Source: Pavona decussata
Lineage: Eukaryota
DNA length: 64,000 nucleotides
Direction of reading: 5' to 3'
Assembly (NCBI GenBank): GCA_977016875.1
Contig: CDRNST010000054.1
Location: 1,550,001-1,614,000 of the forward strand
This document shows positions 24,433 to 36,400 of this stretch, one piece after another. Under the pieces are notes generated by a model. That model saw only the letters and a list, made by a program, of their open reading frames with translations, did no database searches and was not told where the DNA came from. Position 1 is the first letter of the stretch. Each line of letters opens with the position of its first letter. The translations under genes were made by a program, and so were the position numbers.

Positions 24433-27400
24433 ACTGGGAAATCCTTGCAACCCAGCAATGAGCCCCCACGCCAAGCCAGAGGACCTCAGGGCCAAACGTG
24501 AAAGGCCCGGAGAACAAGGGGTTCATGGTTAGAGGAAAGCTTGAGCCCCAACAAGAACGCCCAAATCCGAAGGCACCCAACCAAGATACATAAAGGGGTA
24601 TAAACACCATACCTGCTAAGATAGTCGACCGGCCACTGAGAGAATATTGTGTCCACTGGAGTCCGCCCATACAGCAAATAAGCTTCGCTTGACCAGCGAC
24701 CCATAGTTTTAATAAGATGGTAGGGAATTCTACGGCTGGCAGCAGTAGTAGCGGCTCCAATTCTAAAGCTATGACCAGAGAAATTGCCAGGGACACCGGC
24801 TGACTGTAGTGTAGATTTTAAGAATGCAAAGAGCTTGGATCTAGAAAGATGAGAGCCATCCTGATAAAGAAATAGAGGTCCAGGGCCTGGTCCACGAAGG
24901 TGAAGGTAATTTACCAAGGAAATCACAGGGCATAGAGGGGCGGAACCACGACTAAGAAAGATGAAGCAGCCCTTTCGGAAAGGGTCTTTCTCGGAGCACT
25001 TGATAACCATGCGGACACTTTGAGGGTTCAAAGGGGCGTCAACCCGTATGTCATCAAGAGTCAAATGCCGAGAAGGATCAAAAGGACTATTGGCTGTAAA
25101 TTCACCCCCTCCGAGGAAGCCAAAGAAGCCAACACAGCAGGCGGCCCATAACATGACGTCAGGATTTAAAAGATCCAGAGACCTGTGTAGGACCAACATG
25201 AGATCTGCAGTCACCGGCTGGCACTGGGTCAGGTTGGAACCCTGGTGACGTTTAATCCCACGAAGGAGACGCTGCAGTTGAAGAGAAGTAGGGAGTGGGT
25301 CAGGGAAGCCATAGTCAATGTGTAGGGAGCGAACTGCTGATAAATAGACTTTGATGGATGAATGATGAAAGCGATCCACTAAATGGGTACAGAAGCGCAT
25401 CAACAATTGTTCGCTGGCTGGCAGTGTGGCCAACTCTAACTAAAAGATACATCCTGGCTGCAAAATTCCGAAAATTGACGCTGGGCAGAGGCATAAACCT
25501 GTCGAGTGGACGAGGCCAAACCATTTGCCAAGTAAAAACGGCATTTTTCCGTCAAACCACCGGAAGCTGGTTCAGCAGTGATGGGGGTACTGGAGTTGCT
25601 CCAGGGACAGCTTGAGGTGCGAGATGACGAAAGCGCTGAAAATCAAAACGGGATAACAAGGCAGCAATGGAATTGTCCGTCCCGGCTGTATGACAGGCAG
25701 TAAAAACAAAGGACTGACAAGCTGCAATGAGCGACAGGTGACCAAGAAGAACCATCATGTTATGATCCCTGGAGGTGCCCGAGCGCAAAACACTGACTAC
25801 AGCCATGACTGACTACAGTCATGACTACAGTCATGACTGACTACAGCCATGAAACTCAACAAATTTTGAGACCCAGAGATGGCCCCACTTATGAGCGGCC
25901 ACTACCACGGGAAATCATTCCTTGTAGGCGATAGACAAAGGTTGTTGAGCAGAAGACCATTTGCCAACAAGCCACTGGTCATTAAAAATGGCCCCATAAC
26001 CCCGTGCACCAGCAGCATCGGAAGAGATGTGAAAGTCAGGTAGAGGCGCCCACTGCGGGGCCAGTAGAAAACTGAAGCCATCCCAGGAATTGAAAAATTG
26101 TCTCTACCAGGTAAGGTCAGAACGAAAGTCACGGTTCAGCCTGATTGGGTGGTCATCCCGTTGAAAGGCGGACAGCAAATTAATCATTTGACGCAAAAAA
26201 GTCCGACCAGGAGGAACCACTTTACAAGCGTGTCGGAGATGGCCAATTAGAGTTTCCAGTTCCTTCCTTGTGCAGTGCTGTTTACAAGAACAGGTGTCTA
26301 AAAGGGCAGCGATACGATCAAACTTCTCCTGAGGGAGGCGAGCCCGAAGGTCCATTGAGTCCAATTTGATGCCTAGGACGGTCAGACACGTGGAAGGGCC
26401 CTCGAGCTTATCAGGGTGAGAGGGGATACCCCAAGCTGAAAACTGACGAACACAGATATCCAGGTTTTGTTGACAAACAGGAGAATCAGAACGTCCTAAG
26501 GTATAGAAGTCATCCAGGTAGTGTAACAGCAATTGAACTTCATAATTGTGTTTGAGAATCCACTCAAGCAGGTCAGCAAAGGAAGAGAATATGAATGGAG
26601 CCGAGCGTAAATCGAAGGGTAGGGCCAAGTCGATAAAGTAGTCCCACCCGCCATTTCATGCCTAACAGGTAACGGTCATGAGAATGGACAGGAATGATAG
26701 GATAAGCGCTTTCTACGTCAAATTTAGCCAAAAGAGTTCCCTGACCTTGGGTCATGATGCCATCAATGATATTGTCCACGTTCATGTACTGAACTGAAAA
26801 CGGGTCTTTGGGAATTCCGTCATTAACACTGTGACCTTGGGGACTAGACAGGTTCAAAATAAGCCTCCACTTTCTGGGCTGGTATTTCTTCGGAATTATT
26901 CAGACCAGCAACACGACCCTTCTCGAGTTCAGTGAGGAGATACTGGTCAATTACCGAAGGCTGAAGAAATGCCGTAGGCATGTTTTGAATTGCAGATTTT
27001 AAGGAAACGGACTCTGGGATGAAACCAAGACGAAAACCAAAGCTAAGGCCAGAAATGACCCAGCCCACCAACGCTTGATTAGGATGAAGGCGTAACTCAT
27101 GCTGAAGTTTGTGGGCGTCAATTGGGGTAACCATGGATGGAGGGACCAGTTCTTGATGCACGGAACGTGAGGAGGACAATGTGAAGCCAGGAGAGCAGAC
27201 TGGCGTTAATTGGCACTGGGCAGGTAATTCGTTAATTGAAAGGGGGGCATTCACCGAATAGGTCAACAGATCACTCGAAGCCAGAACTGAATGTGACGTA
27301 TTTACACTATGTTCAGATGAGAACTGGCACGTGGCAGGTAAATCAGTAACAGAAGGAGAAGCGTTATCAGAAACGGTGAACAAACTGTCTTCAGATTGAA

Positions 27401-30400
27401 CAGAACATAACGTATGTACACTATGTACAAGATCCTTTTGACCAGTACCACTATGAGGAATGGCCACCATGTCAACGCTGCTGGCGCTTACTCTGAGTCG
27501 GGGTAGCCGAGCAGGAGCGCTGGATTTGTGACCCGGATGCCTGAAAAGGACAGTTAACGCGGGGATGATCACCTTCACACTTCTCGCAGCAGTGACGGTA
27601 GCGGCACTGACCAAAGGGCCAGCGGCAGGCCCCATCATTCCATGAACAGCAGAAATTGGACGACAAGGCCGAGAAACGAAAGGGCTGCGGTGAGCCATTT
27701 GAGGAGAAGCCAGACTGAATGGGTGAAGAGCGAGTATGAAAATTGTAAAGATCCAAATTCATGCGGGACTAATCAGTCAGACCAGAAGCAGCTGCATCCC
27801 TACGAAAGGCAATGTCGTAGTGAAACCAGGCTTTTTTAGAGAATTGGCGTGAGGTCTTAATAATTAACAGCTTGTATTTGGTGAGATCTTGCCACCTGGA
27901 AGGATGTGCGCTGCAAAAGATCCAAGAGAAGATGGTGAACACCTCAACCCAGGTAATGATATCTGTAATCTCCTGGACCCTCTTCTCAGAAGATGAAACC
28001 AGAAGTTTGCTATCCAAATAAGTGTGGGGTTCTGATTCTCGAGCCTTAAGGTTTTCTGCCAGCAAGTCAGCCAAATCAAAAAACTGGCCAGATCTGATCT
28101 TCGTCACCAGCTTCTCTGGGATGGGTGAATATCCAGGTCCCACAACAAATGGCCTAATTAGAGATCGCACCGCACAAATAGTAGAAGTAGAAGGGATGGA
28201 AGACCCTCAAAGGGGCAAAGAAGTGCCATAACCGCCAGATGTAGCCAGTGTTCTGCTAGTTGCAACGCCAGAACCACACGAAGATGGTGCCCCCACGATA
28301 GAAGGGTTGCATAGGGACGAATATCTTAAAGTACAATAGGTAGAAATAAAAGAAGGTAATGGCCGGCAGGAGAACGAACCAGTATTAGAAGATGTTGACA
28401 ACGGAGTAACATTTCCCGCCAACGGAGATATCGCCGAAGCTGATGCGGTAGTTGTAGAATGGGCCTGCATAGCCACGAGAATTTGCGGTAAAGACTCGCC
28501 TAACGCTTGAGAAAAAGCAGCGGCCAGATCCTGCTTGGACAGGGTAAAGGAAGACAAGGAAGTCGCTGTAGCAAAACGAGGCAAAGAACTAGTGTTGGAA
28601 GGCGATGAAACCGAGGAGTCCTCATGTGATTCCAACATGGCGGCTACGCTGTTATTCGTGGAACGGGTCGTGCGCCTTTCACCCATGGAAATTACAAGAA
28701 ACCAATGCTAAGAAACCGCTTATAAACTGAGTCACAATGTTTGTGATACGCCCACGCTGAATAAGCTAAGAGACCGCTTATAAACTGAGTTGCAATGTTT
28801 GTGAAACGCCCACGCTGAATAAGCTAGGAAACCGCTTATAAACTGAGTCACAATGTTAGTGAAACGCCCAAGCTGAATAAAGCACGCTAAAAAGTACTAA
28901 ATGCACTAGACCACGCTAAGATGCATACTGGTCCCAGAGCATGACGGGTGTTGGTACATGCGCATCTCGCAAATGCCACTGGCCAGTGGGATGGAACAGG
29001 CGTTCCTTGTTGTTAACTCTGTTAAATTGCATTAAACTGCATTTAAAATAACCATTTCCTTGATGAAAATTGTATTATAAAATTGTCCAACTTGAAAGGT
29101 GGGAAAACTCCCAAAATACAAAGAGAACCTGAAGGCAGTACTACTCAGTGATTTTGATTCTGAATTTTTTTGTACAGCTCAAGTTGCATATGCAGAATGG
29201 TCCCTTTCATTGCTGGTTTTCACTTACTAGGCTTTTCTTGTATAGCATAATGAACAACACCACAGAGAAAAAGTAGTTACTTAACCTGTACTATGATGGG
29301 GCTTTTTGTACAGCACGATAAAAGATACCATGGAAACAAAGTTCTCTTAAGCCTTATCATCATTGTAATGAATTGTGCGACTCACAATCTTATAAGGTCG
29401 GGCCAAACAAAAACAAGAGACTTGAAGAGTTGAAGGATGAGAGTTGGACAAGAGTTTTCATAAGTCTTTAGACTGGGTAAAGTGGAAGGAAACCCTCTAG
29501 AAAACTTTGAAGAGGCTAAACGCTGAAGAAGTGATAAGATTTGAGGAGAGAGTATGAGAGTCTCAGGCCAAACAAGTGTGCTTGCTCATTTTTCTCAGTT
29601 TTAAGGTTAGGTGACTTTTGGTTGACTCTGTGAATGAAAAAAAGAAATTAATGCTGGTTGTTGGTAATGGATTTAAAAGCGAAGGGAGTGTTAATAACTG
29701 ATCAACACTTCTCCATATTTTAGTCCCAGAGGTAACAGCATGCCAAGAAGCAGTTGAAAAGGCCCTTCAAACATCTGCCAGTCCTGAGCGTTTTGTGCCG
29801 CGCTGCAAAGAGGATGGTAGGTTTGAAGAAGTACAGTGTTCAGAGATCACAGGAGAATGCTGGTGTGTTGACAGTCTTGGAGTGGAACTACGTGGAACCA
29901 GGTCACAGGAATTTATCACCTGTCCTGGAATGGGTAAGTGGATGATGACGATAATGATGATGAGATCATGCTGACAATGACATGAGTATGGTGGTTTTGG
30001 TGGGGATGATGAGAGTGACCATGGCGATGGTGTCAATGATGTCATCATGGTGTCAGCATGAAGAAATCATGTTGACATTTCTATCATAAATTTGTTATAT
30101 AAATTAACCTGTAGTTTTGCTTCATATTAAAATGACTATTTGTTGACGAAGTCATGGTGTTAAGGTAACATTTGAGTTTATAGAACATTAGACAAAAATT
30201 TTGTGTATCGGAGTACTTTTGAATTAAATTTTTGTTTCAGCAAAACCAAAGTAATCATTCTAACTACTCTGTATTCTGTTATGTGTTACCCTCTTTAAAT
30301 AAAGTTGTTACTTTCTTACTTACTTACTTACTTTCTTACTTACTTACTTGCTTACTTACTTACAAAAGATGAAAACAGCACGATGTAACCAATTAGAAAG

Positions 30401-33400
30401 CATATACAAGTATGTAGCGGTCAATGCAGGAAAACATGCAAAAAACGTCATGATAGGATAATTAAAAACAAACAAATGCATGAAAGGGTGTTCGAAAAGA
30501 GATAAAAAGACTACTGTGCATGCTATGTGGGTGATGTCACTGACTGAAAGACGTGGAAGCAGCTGTAAAACACACACCTTTAGATTGTACTTTAACAGAC
30601 CTTATGCTCCCCTCATTTCTAGTCTCTGGTTGTTTTCAACAGGTACCGATTTAACCCCATGTCAACAGGAGTACATGGAAGGCCGTTTTAAACCACTGTG
30701 TACACCAGAGGGTGCCTATGAAGATACACAGTGCCAGGGAACTGCTTGCTTTTGTGTGAATGAAAGAGGAGATGAGATAGCTAGGTCCCGAATAGAGTTG
30801 CCTGCTAAACCAAACTGCACCAGTGCAGGTATTTTAAAGGATATTTTAGACTTTAAGAATGCACATCGCCTTTTTACCATGCTTCTCCTAAGTTCGGACC
30901 TTCATGAACAGTCTTTTTAAGTTCTTCCATCAGTAAACTACTGCATAATTGCCTCATGATGACAACGTCCAGCATCTTTGGGAAATCTTTTTTTGTCATT
31001 TGGATGTTTTATCCTTTCTGAGAACCCAAGACATTTGGCTTAAAATTAGAGAGTGAAACAAAAGTGTCATTTGTGATGTCATCATTCTACTGTTACCAGA
31101 AGAAACAGGAAACATTGTAAATTTAGTTCATAGACTAAAATGTCATGTTTCTGGAGTGTGAGTTTTTCTGTATTTACTTTCGAAACAGACTGCAGTGTAT
31201 AACAAAATCATTTCTTGCATTTTTAAAGATGTACGTACCTTCAGTGTGATAAGGTTAAAGAATTTAGTAATTTTGTTTCCTTCAGCAGAATGTTTCCCTT
31301 GGGAATTGTTTCTGGAAACTTCGGTCCTAATGTACCATCAATCATCTGGGTTCAGCAAACTTCTTTTTGTTTCAGTTCTCCGGACCCTATTAAAAGGATT
31401 TAATGCCCCAGTCACAAATGGAGGTTGGGTGTCCAAGAGCCTGGGGGCTGAAACCGCAAACCCAGCCCTAAGGTGGTAGAACACCCAATAACCTGTCCTA
31501 CCCGCAACCCAGCCATGAGCTCCGCCCTCCCATGCCTAACTAGGCACCCGTCACACTGAAGCCTTAGGCTCAGTGAAGATTAAAACACTAACCCTAACCC
31601 TAACTCCGCCCTTCCAATGGTACAAAGGTAGCGCCAGGGAAGGGGAGGGAAGGAAAAATTCTAGACAACCTAGCCATGCACAACAAACTCAACAGCACAA
31701 ACGCAGAGCAACTGACAGCATGTCTGATGGTGCACATGTACACTGCCACTGGCAACTGCTGACCATAACCCTGCCTGCAATAGAAGCAGACAGGATTGCA
31801 GCATACGGACGCTGCTACACTAGTTAAACGGCAAGGCTGGTACACGCCAATACACTAAGTAACACTTACATGCCAAGAACACCAAAAGCCACTATGCTAA
31901 TGTTAACACAGGCGAGTAATGCTAGTGATGCTGTTGTCTGCACGGACAACAAAAACTCCTGCTCCTAGTTGTTAACTAAGTTAAATTGCAGTTAAGTCCA
32001 TATACAGATGTAATTGCCTTAGCCAGTTGTTCTTGTAATAGATCAAACACGAGGAAGAGTGTTTCCTCCGATTTTGGATTTCGGCGCAGCCGAGTTTTTT
32101 TTAACCAACTTCGAGGTGTTTGGAAAAAGGAGGAAACACTCTTTCGAGTGTTTGATATAGCTTCTCAAACTATTGAAAATTTTTGGAGAACATTCGAAGC
32201 AAAAGTTAACAAAATTTTATGATAATTAAGATCACATTTCTAAACCTCCTTCACGGTAGTGATTTGCTTTGTTTTGGCTTGATTAATTATTCATGAGTTT
32301 GAGAAATTAAAATCAAACTAACATTGAACATTGTTTATCACTCCAGAAGAGCAACCCACTGTGTGCCAAAATCAGTATCAACGACAAAGTGAAAATGCTG
32401 TACCAGGAGCATTTGTTCCTCGCTGCAAACCTGATGGTAGCTATGATGACGTGCAATGTCGTGGCTCAGTTTGTTATTGTGTGGATAGAAGAGGTCATGA
32501 GCTACAAGGGACAAGAGTTAGTATGGGACAGGGATCACCTGTATGTGCCACACCAGGTATGTTTGTAAACCTATTTGTCTGCTGGCTTTGTGACTCATTC
32601 ATGAAAAAAAAAAAGACTTTTCCAGTTCTGGATTGTTTGCTTATCTACAAATATGCTTGGAATTCAGTAAAATAATAGAACATGTCCCTCCACAAATCTG
32701 TTGGCCACCCTGTTGGTGTCAGACGACTGGCAAGGACAGAATGAATACAATCATCCTTCAGATAACAGAGAAGTCAACAACTGTAAAGCTTTTAAAGGAA
32801 AACTGAGGGATACTTGTCTTAACTTGTTTTGGTTATATTCTTTTTGTCTTCATTTTTTGTTATTATTCAGTCCTATCTACCTAACGTTTGAAAGTGCTTT
32901 TTGCATTTTTCACCCAGGTTTTATGTAAGAAAATAACAGGTTAGGGTAGATTTTGATCACAAGCCCAAATCACCCTATAGTACATTGCAAGCTCCATTTC
33001 ATTTCTGGTGAAATAGATTCGACTTGGCTGTGTGTGTGCTCAGATGAACTGAAGAGAACGTAGAAATGTGATAAGAACCTCAGTCATGCTATTCACCCAT
33101 AGTGTATGTCTTTGTTCTTACCATGTTTTGACATAATTTGTGTGTTATCAAGATACACATTCATGGTCAAATAGAATCTATTACATAGTTATGAGGGTGT
33201 TTTAGATGTTAGAGTCACTTCAAGAAGTACACGAAGGATGATAAGACCTTTAAAACAGCAGAGAAGAGGTAGCAGGCAATGACGTACAGGTAAAGGGAAA
33301 TGAAACAGTTTTTAGGGCATGACTTCTGACTTTTCAACTCCTCTGCACCCCTGCGCTTGAAAGCTCATTCTGCTCTTCTGCCAGATGAGCCTTTAACCTT

Positions 33401-36400
33401 GGAGGCAGGTTTTGTAAAGATATACATTGTATTAATGTGTCTAAACATTTGTACCCAAAGGTAAAAACCTTACTTTGTGCCAACGACAATACCAGGAGTA
33501 TTGGAAATACCCATCCATGGGGCGCTATGTTCCTCGATGCAAAGCAGATGGTTCATTTGATAGTGTACAGTGCTATGGACCCTATTGCTTTTGCACTGAC
33601 CAAGATGGTAACAGAAGAGGTGGAAGCATCACTCTACAGTCTCTTGTAGCAACAAGTCTTGATTGCACTGAAAATGGTAAGCTCTACATATGTCTCTATG
33701 CTATACGACTTGAGTAACAATTGATTGTCAAGGGATAGGGTTGTAAGCCCTGTATATTTCCCAAGCTTTGAGGAACACGTTCCGTTTTGTTAGTTTGTCT
33801 TCCATGAGCCTGTCTTGTTTGACTAAGCTTGCCAGGAACACACAGCTTCCACAGACACAACTATATAGGTGGAAATGGCGACACTAAATAGGACCCCTCA
33901 TTTTCCACATTCCTTCTGACAATTAAATTTTCACTTTCCAGTTTATTACTTTGCAGCTCACCAGTCTCCAACTTTCTAGTCTCCTTGGTACAGAAATTCA
34001 CAAAAGGTTCAACCTTGAACTTGATTATCCAGACCATTTTTTTTTGTCGTTTCCTTCTAATGTTCACGACACTTGGAGTGCAAAGTATTGTATGTGATTT
34101 ATCTTTTCATATGTTCTTGCCTTCCAGAACAACCACTTACTCCTTGCCAGCAACAACAGGTTGACTTCTTCTCTTCTCCACCGAGTCGCAGGAAGTATCT
34201 TCCAAGGTGTGGCACTTCTGGAGAGTATCTGGAGATCCAATGCAGTGTACAGAGTGATGAGTGCTGGTGTGTAACTGAAAATGGCACAGAAATCCCACAA
34301 ACCAGAACGTCTGGACCAATCAGATGTCCCAAGCCAGGTACAACTATTCTTGGTTTGTCCTTGTTTTTACCTGTTAAGGTCTTTTGTGCAAATTATTTTG
34401 TTCATCCTTTGAGTGTACACACAATTAATGTCACAATGTCAGGACACATTAAATACTGTCTGCATGCACTGAGGAAGAAATGTAAACAAATGTAGCATGT
34501 GGGCCAGAATAAAATTACATGTTTTTATTGCGAAGTCTTTCAGAATGGATGCGTAGTAATCCCTGTTTCTGTTTTTACTTCATCTACCATTCTCTGTATT
34601 TGTTATGTGAAATATTTCTGTTAATTTGTTATAAATACTCGTGTGTTATTGAGTATCAATATATATATTGAATACTGTTTGCAGGGTTTGCAAATGCCCT
34701 TATTTAATACTAATGCTAATCATCATTATCATTTCGTTATCATTTCATTATGAACTCGAAACATGGCAATTGCGTTAACCAAAAGATTGTTTTATCTTGT
34801 TTCTCCTTGTTGTACACAAGTGTGTTCGTGAACATAAACAAATGTATTTCATCTGCATCAAACGTTTGATACACTACTTTTTTCTTGTTTTTGTGATGTA
34901 GATTCTTTCCCTGCCTGTCCTGCTAATCAAATTCAAGATGTTGGGTATTTCACTGCTTTTATTCCTGACTGCAATGAGAATGGTGACTACGAACCTGTTC
35001 AGTGTGACTACAAGTATGGATACTGTTGGTGTTCAGATGAAAATGGCAATCCCATCCCAGGCACCACAGCCAGGGGTAAAGCCAACTGCACAGCACCAGG
35101 TAAGTATATACGTTCTTATTCTTGGTATGGATTCAGTTCATTCTTTGTTGGAACTGCAAGTATCGATGATGTGACAATACTTTTTTAACTTTATCAGCCC
35201 AGGGGCCCGTTTCTTGAAAGTCCCAGTTTCTTACCGGCCCGATAAGTATATCTTATAATGTTTTTTTTTGCCAATTACACAGTGATTATAGACATGGTAC
35301 TTGGCCAATGTTTTCATAGAATTATAAGATTTTAAAATTTATTATTCAAAGCTAACAAAACTTGACTTCTGTTAAGAAACATTTACTACCAAAATCACTT
35401 ATCGGGCTCGGTAAGTTACCAGGACTTTCAAGAAACGGGCCCCAGGTACCAATTTATTCCAAACTAATTTAAATGGAAAGAGCATCACGAGAGGAACATA
35501 TCAGGTGAGTATTTCACAAACTAGCAAACATAGGGAGCAAGAAAAGAATTGAAGAGCTGATATGAAACTATGGCCATCTGGCCTTGGAGTCCAAATGGTT
35601 GGCATTTTGTAGGTTTATAGGTCCTTGAGTTAAAGAAATAGGCTTCAATGTATTTAATAGTCCTTTAATTCTGATTCATGACAATGCTTTAACATTTTTT
35701 ATATACATCATGTTTTTTTATGGCACTTTTAACTTCCTTATTTTTCATTGGAGCTCTTGAAATCACAAGTTTGAAACCTCTTGGTGAGTCATACCCTGCT
35801 GTTACGTTAAAGCAGATGAACTTAAATTAAAAGAGACTGTCAGTTCTAAGCATTTCTGCATTACTGCAATAGCAGAACATTATTAGATTTAAAGATGGTA
35901 ATTACCCTGGATCTCAGTTGTGCCGAATCCTTTTCAGCTAGTAGTGTGACATATGTTACACACACAGTGGTCAGATGCTCTGAGCACTTTGCAGGGTATG
36001 ATTATATCTTACTCTTTGAGGCAAGGGGGTTTTGGCAGGTCACTTGCATCTGGAGTGTATACTTTTTGAAACAGTTCAATCTGTTCTTTTTTTCTCTTAT
36101 TACAGAGAAACTGACCAAGTGCCAACACCATCTTCACCAACTGACAGGCTATTCCAGTCTGGCATCATCTGGGGACTTTGTACCAAAATGTCGTAGTGAT
36201 AATGGTCATTACAGTTCCCTTCAGTGTGCTGTATCCAGTTCTGTTTGTTTCTGCGTTGATACGTTTGGTGGCTATGAACTATCAGGATCAAGGACTGTTG
36301 GCCATCCAGACTGCAAAAAATTTGGTATGTTTTCTTTTGTGTTTCTACATTTGGTCCATGTATATTGAATTTTGTGTCGTTAAATGTGGCTGGCCGAAGC

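Larger units (their letters stand above)
23919..29046 (-). mobile_element. Ngaro-type (DIRS order) tyrosine-recombinase retrotransposon, full-length but decayed
   Basis: gag-like, RT/RNase H and YR ORFs on the minus strand. Split direct repeats run A1(29046-28828)-ORFs-B1(24471-24338)-A2(24341-24124)-B2(24052-23919). TTAA occurs at both ends and at the B1/A2 junction. No methyltransferase domain seen. Confidence 0.9.

Noticed and set aside
24486-25433. Prophage or bacterial integrase (contamination or horizontal transfer)
   Set aside because: The YR is linked to RT/RNase H, gag and split direct repeats, as in DIRS-order retrotransposons.
28707-28880. CRISPR-like array
   Set aside because: Head-to-tail tandem repeats with no unique spacers, no cas genes, and a eukaryotic retroelement context.
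31588-31604. Interstitial telomere or chromosome-fusion scar
   Set aside because: Fewer than three CCCTAA units, and they lie inside a mobile-element remnant.
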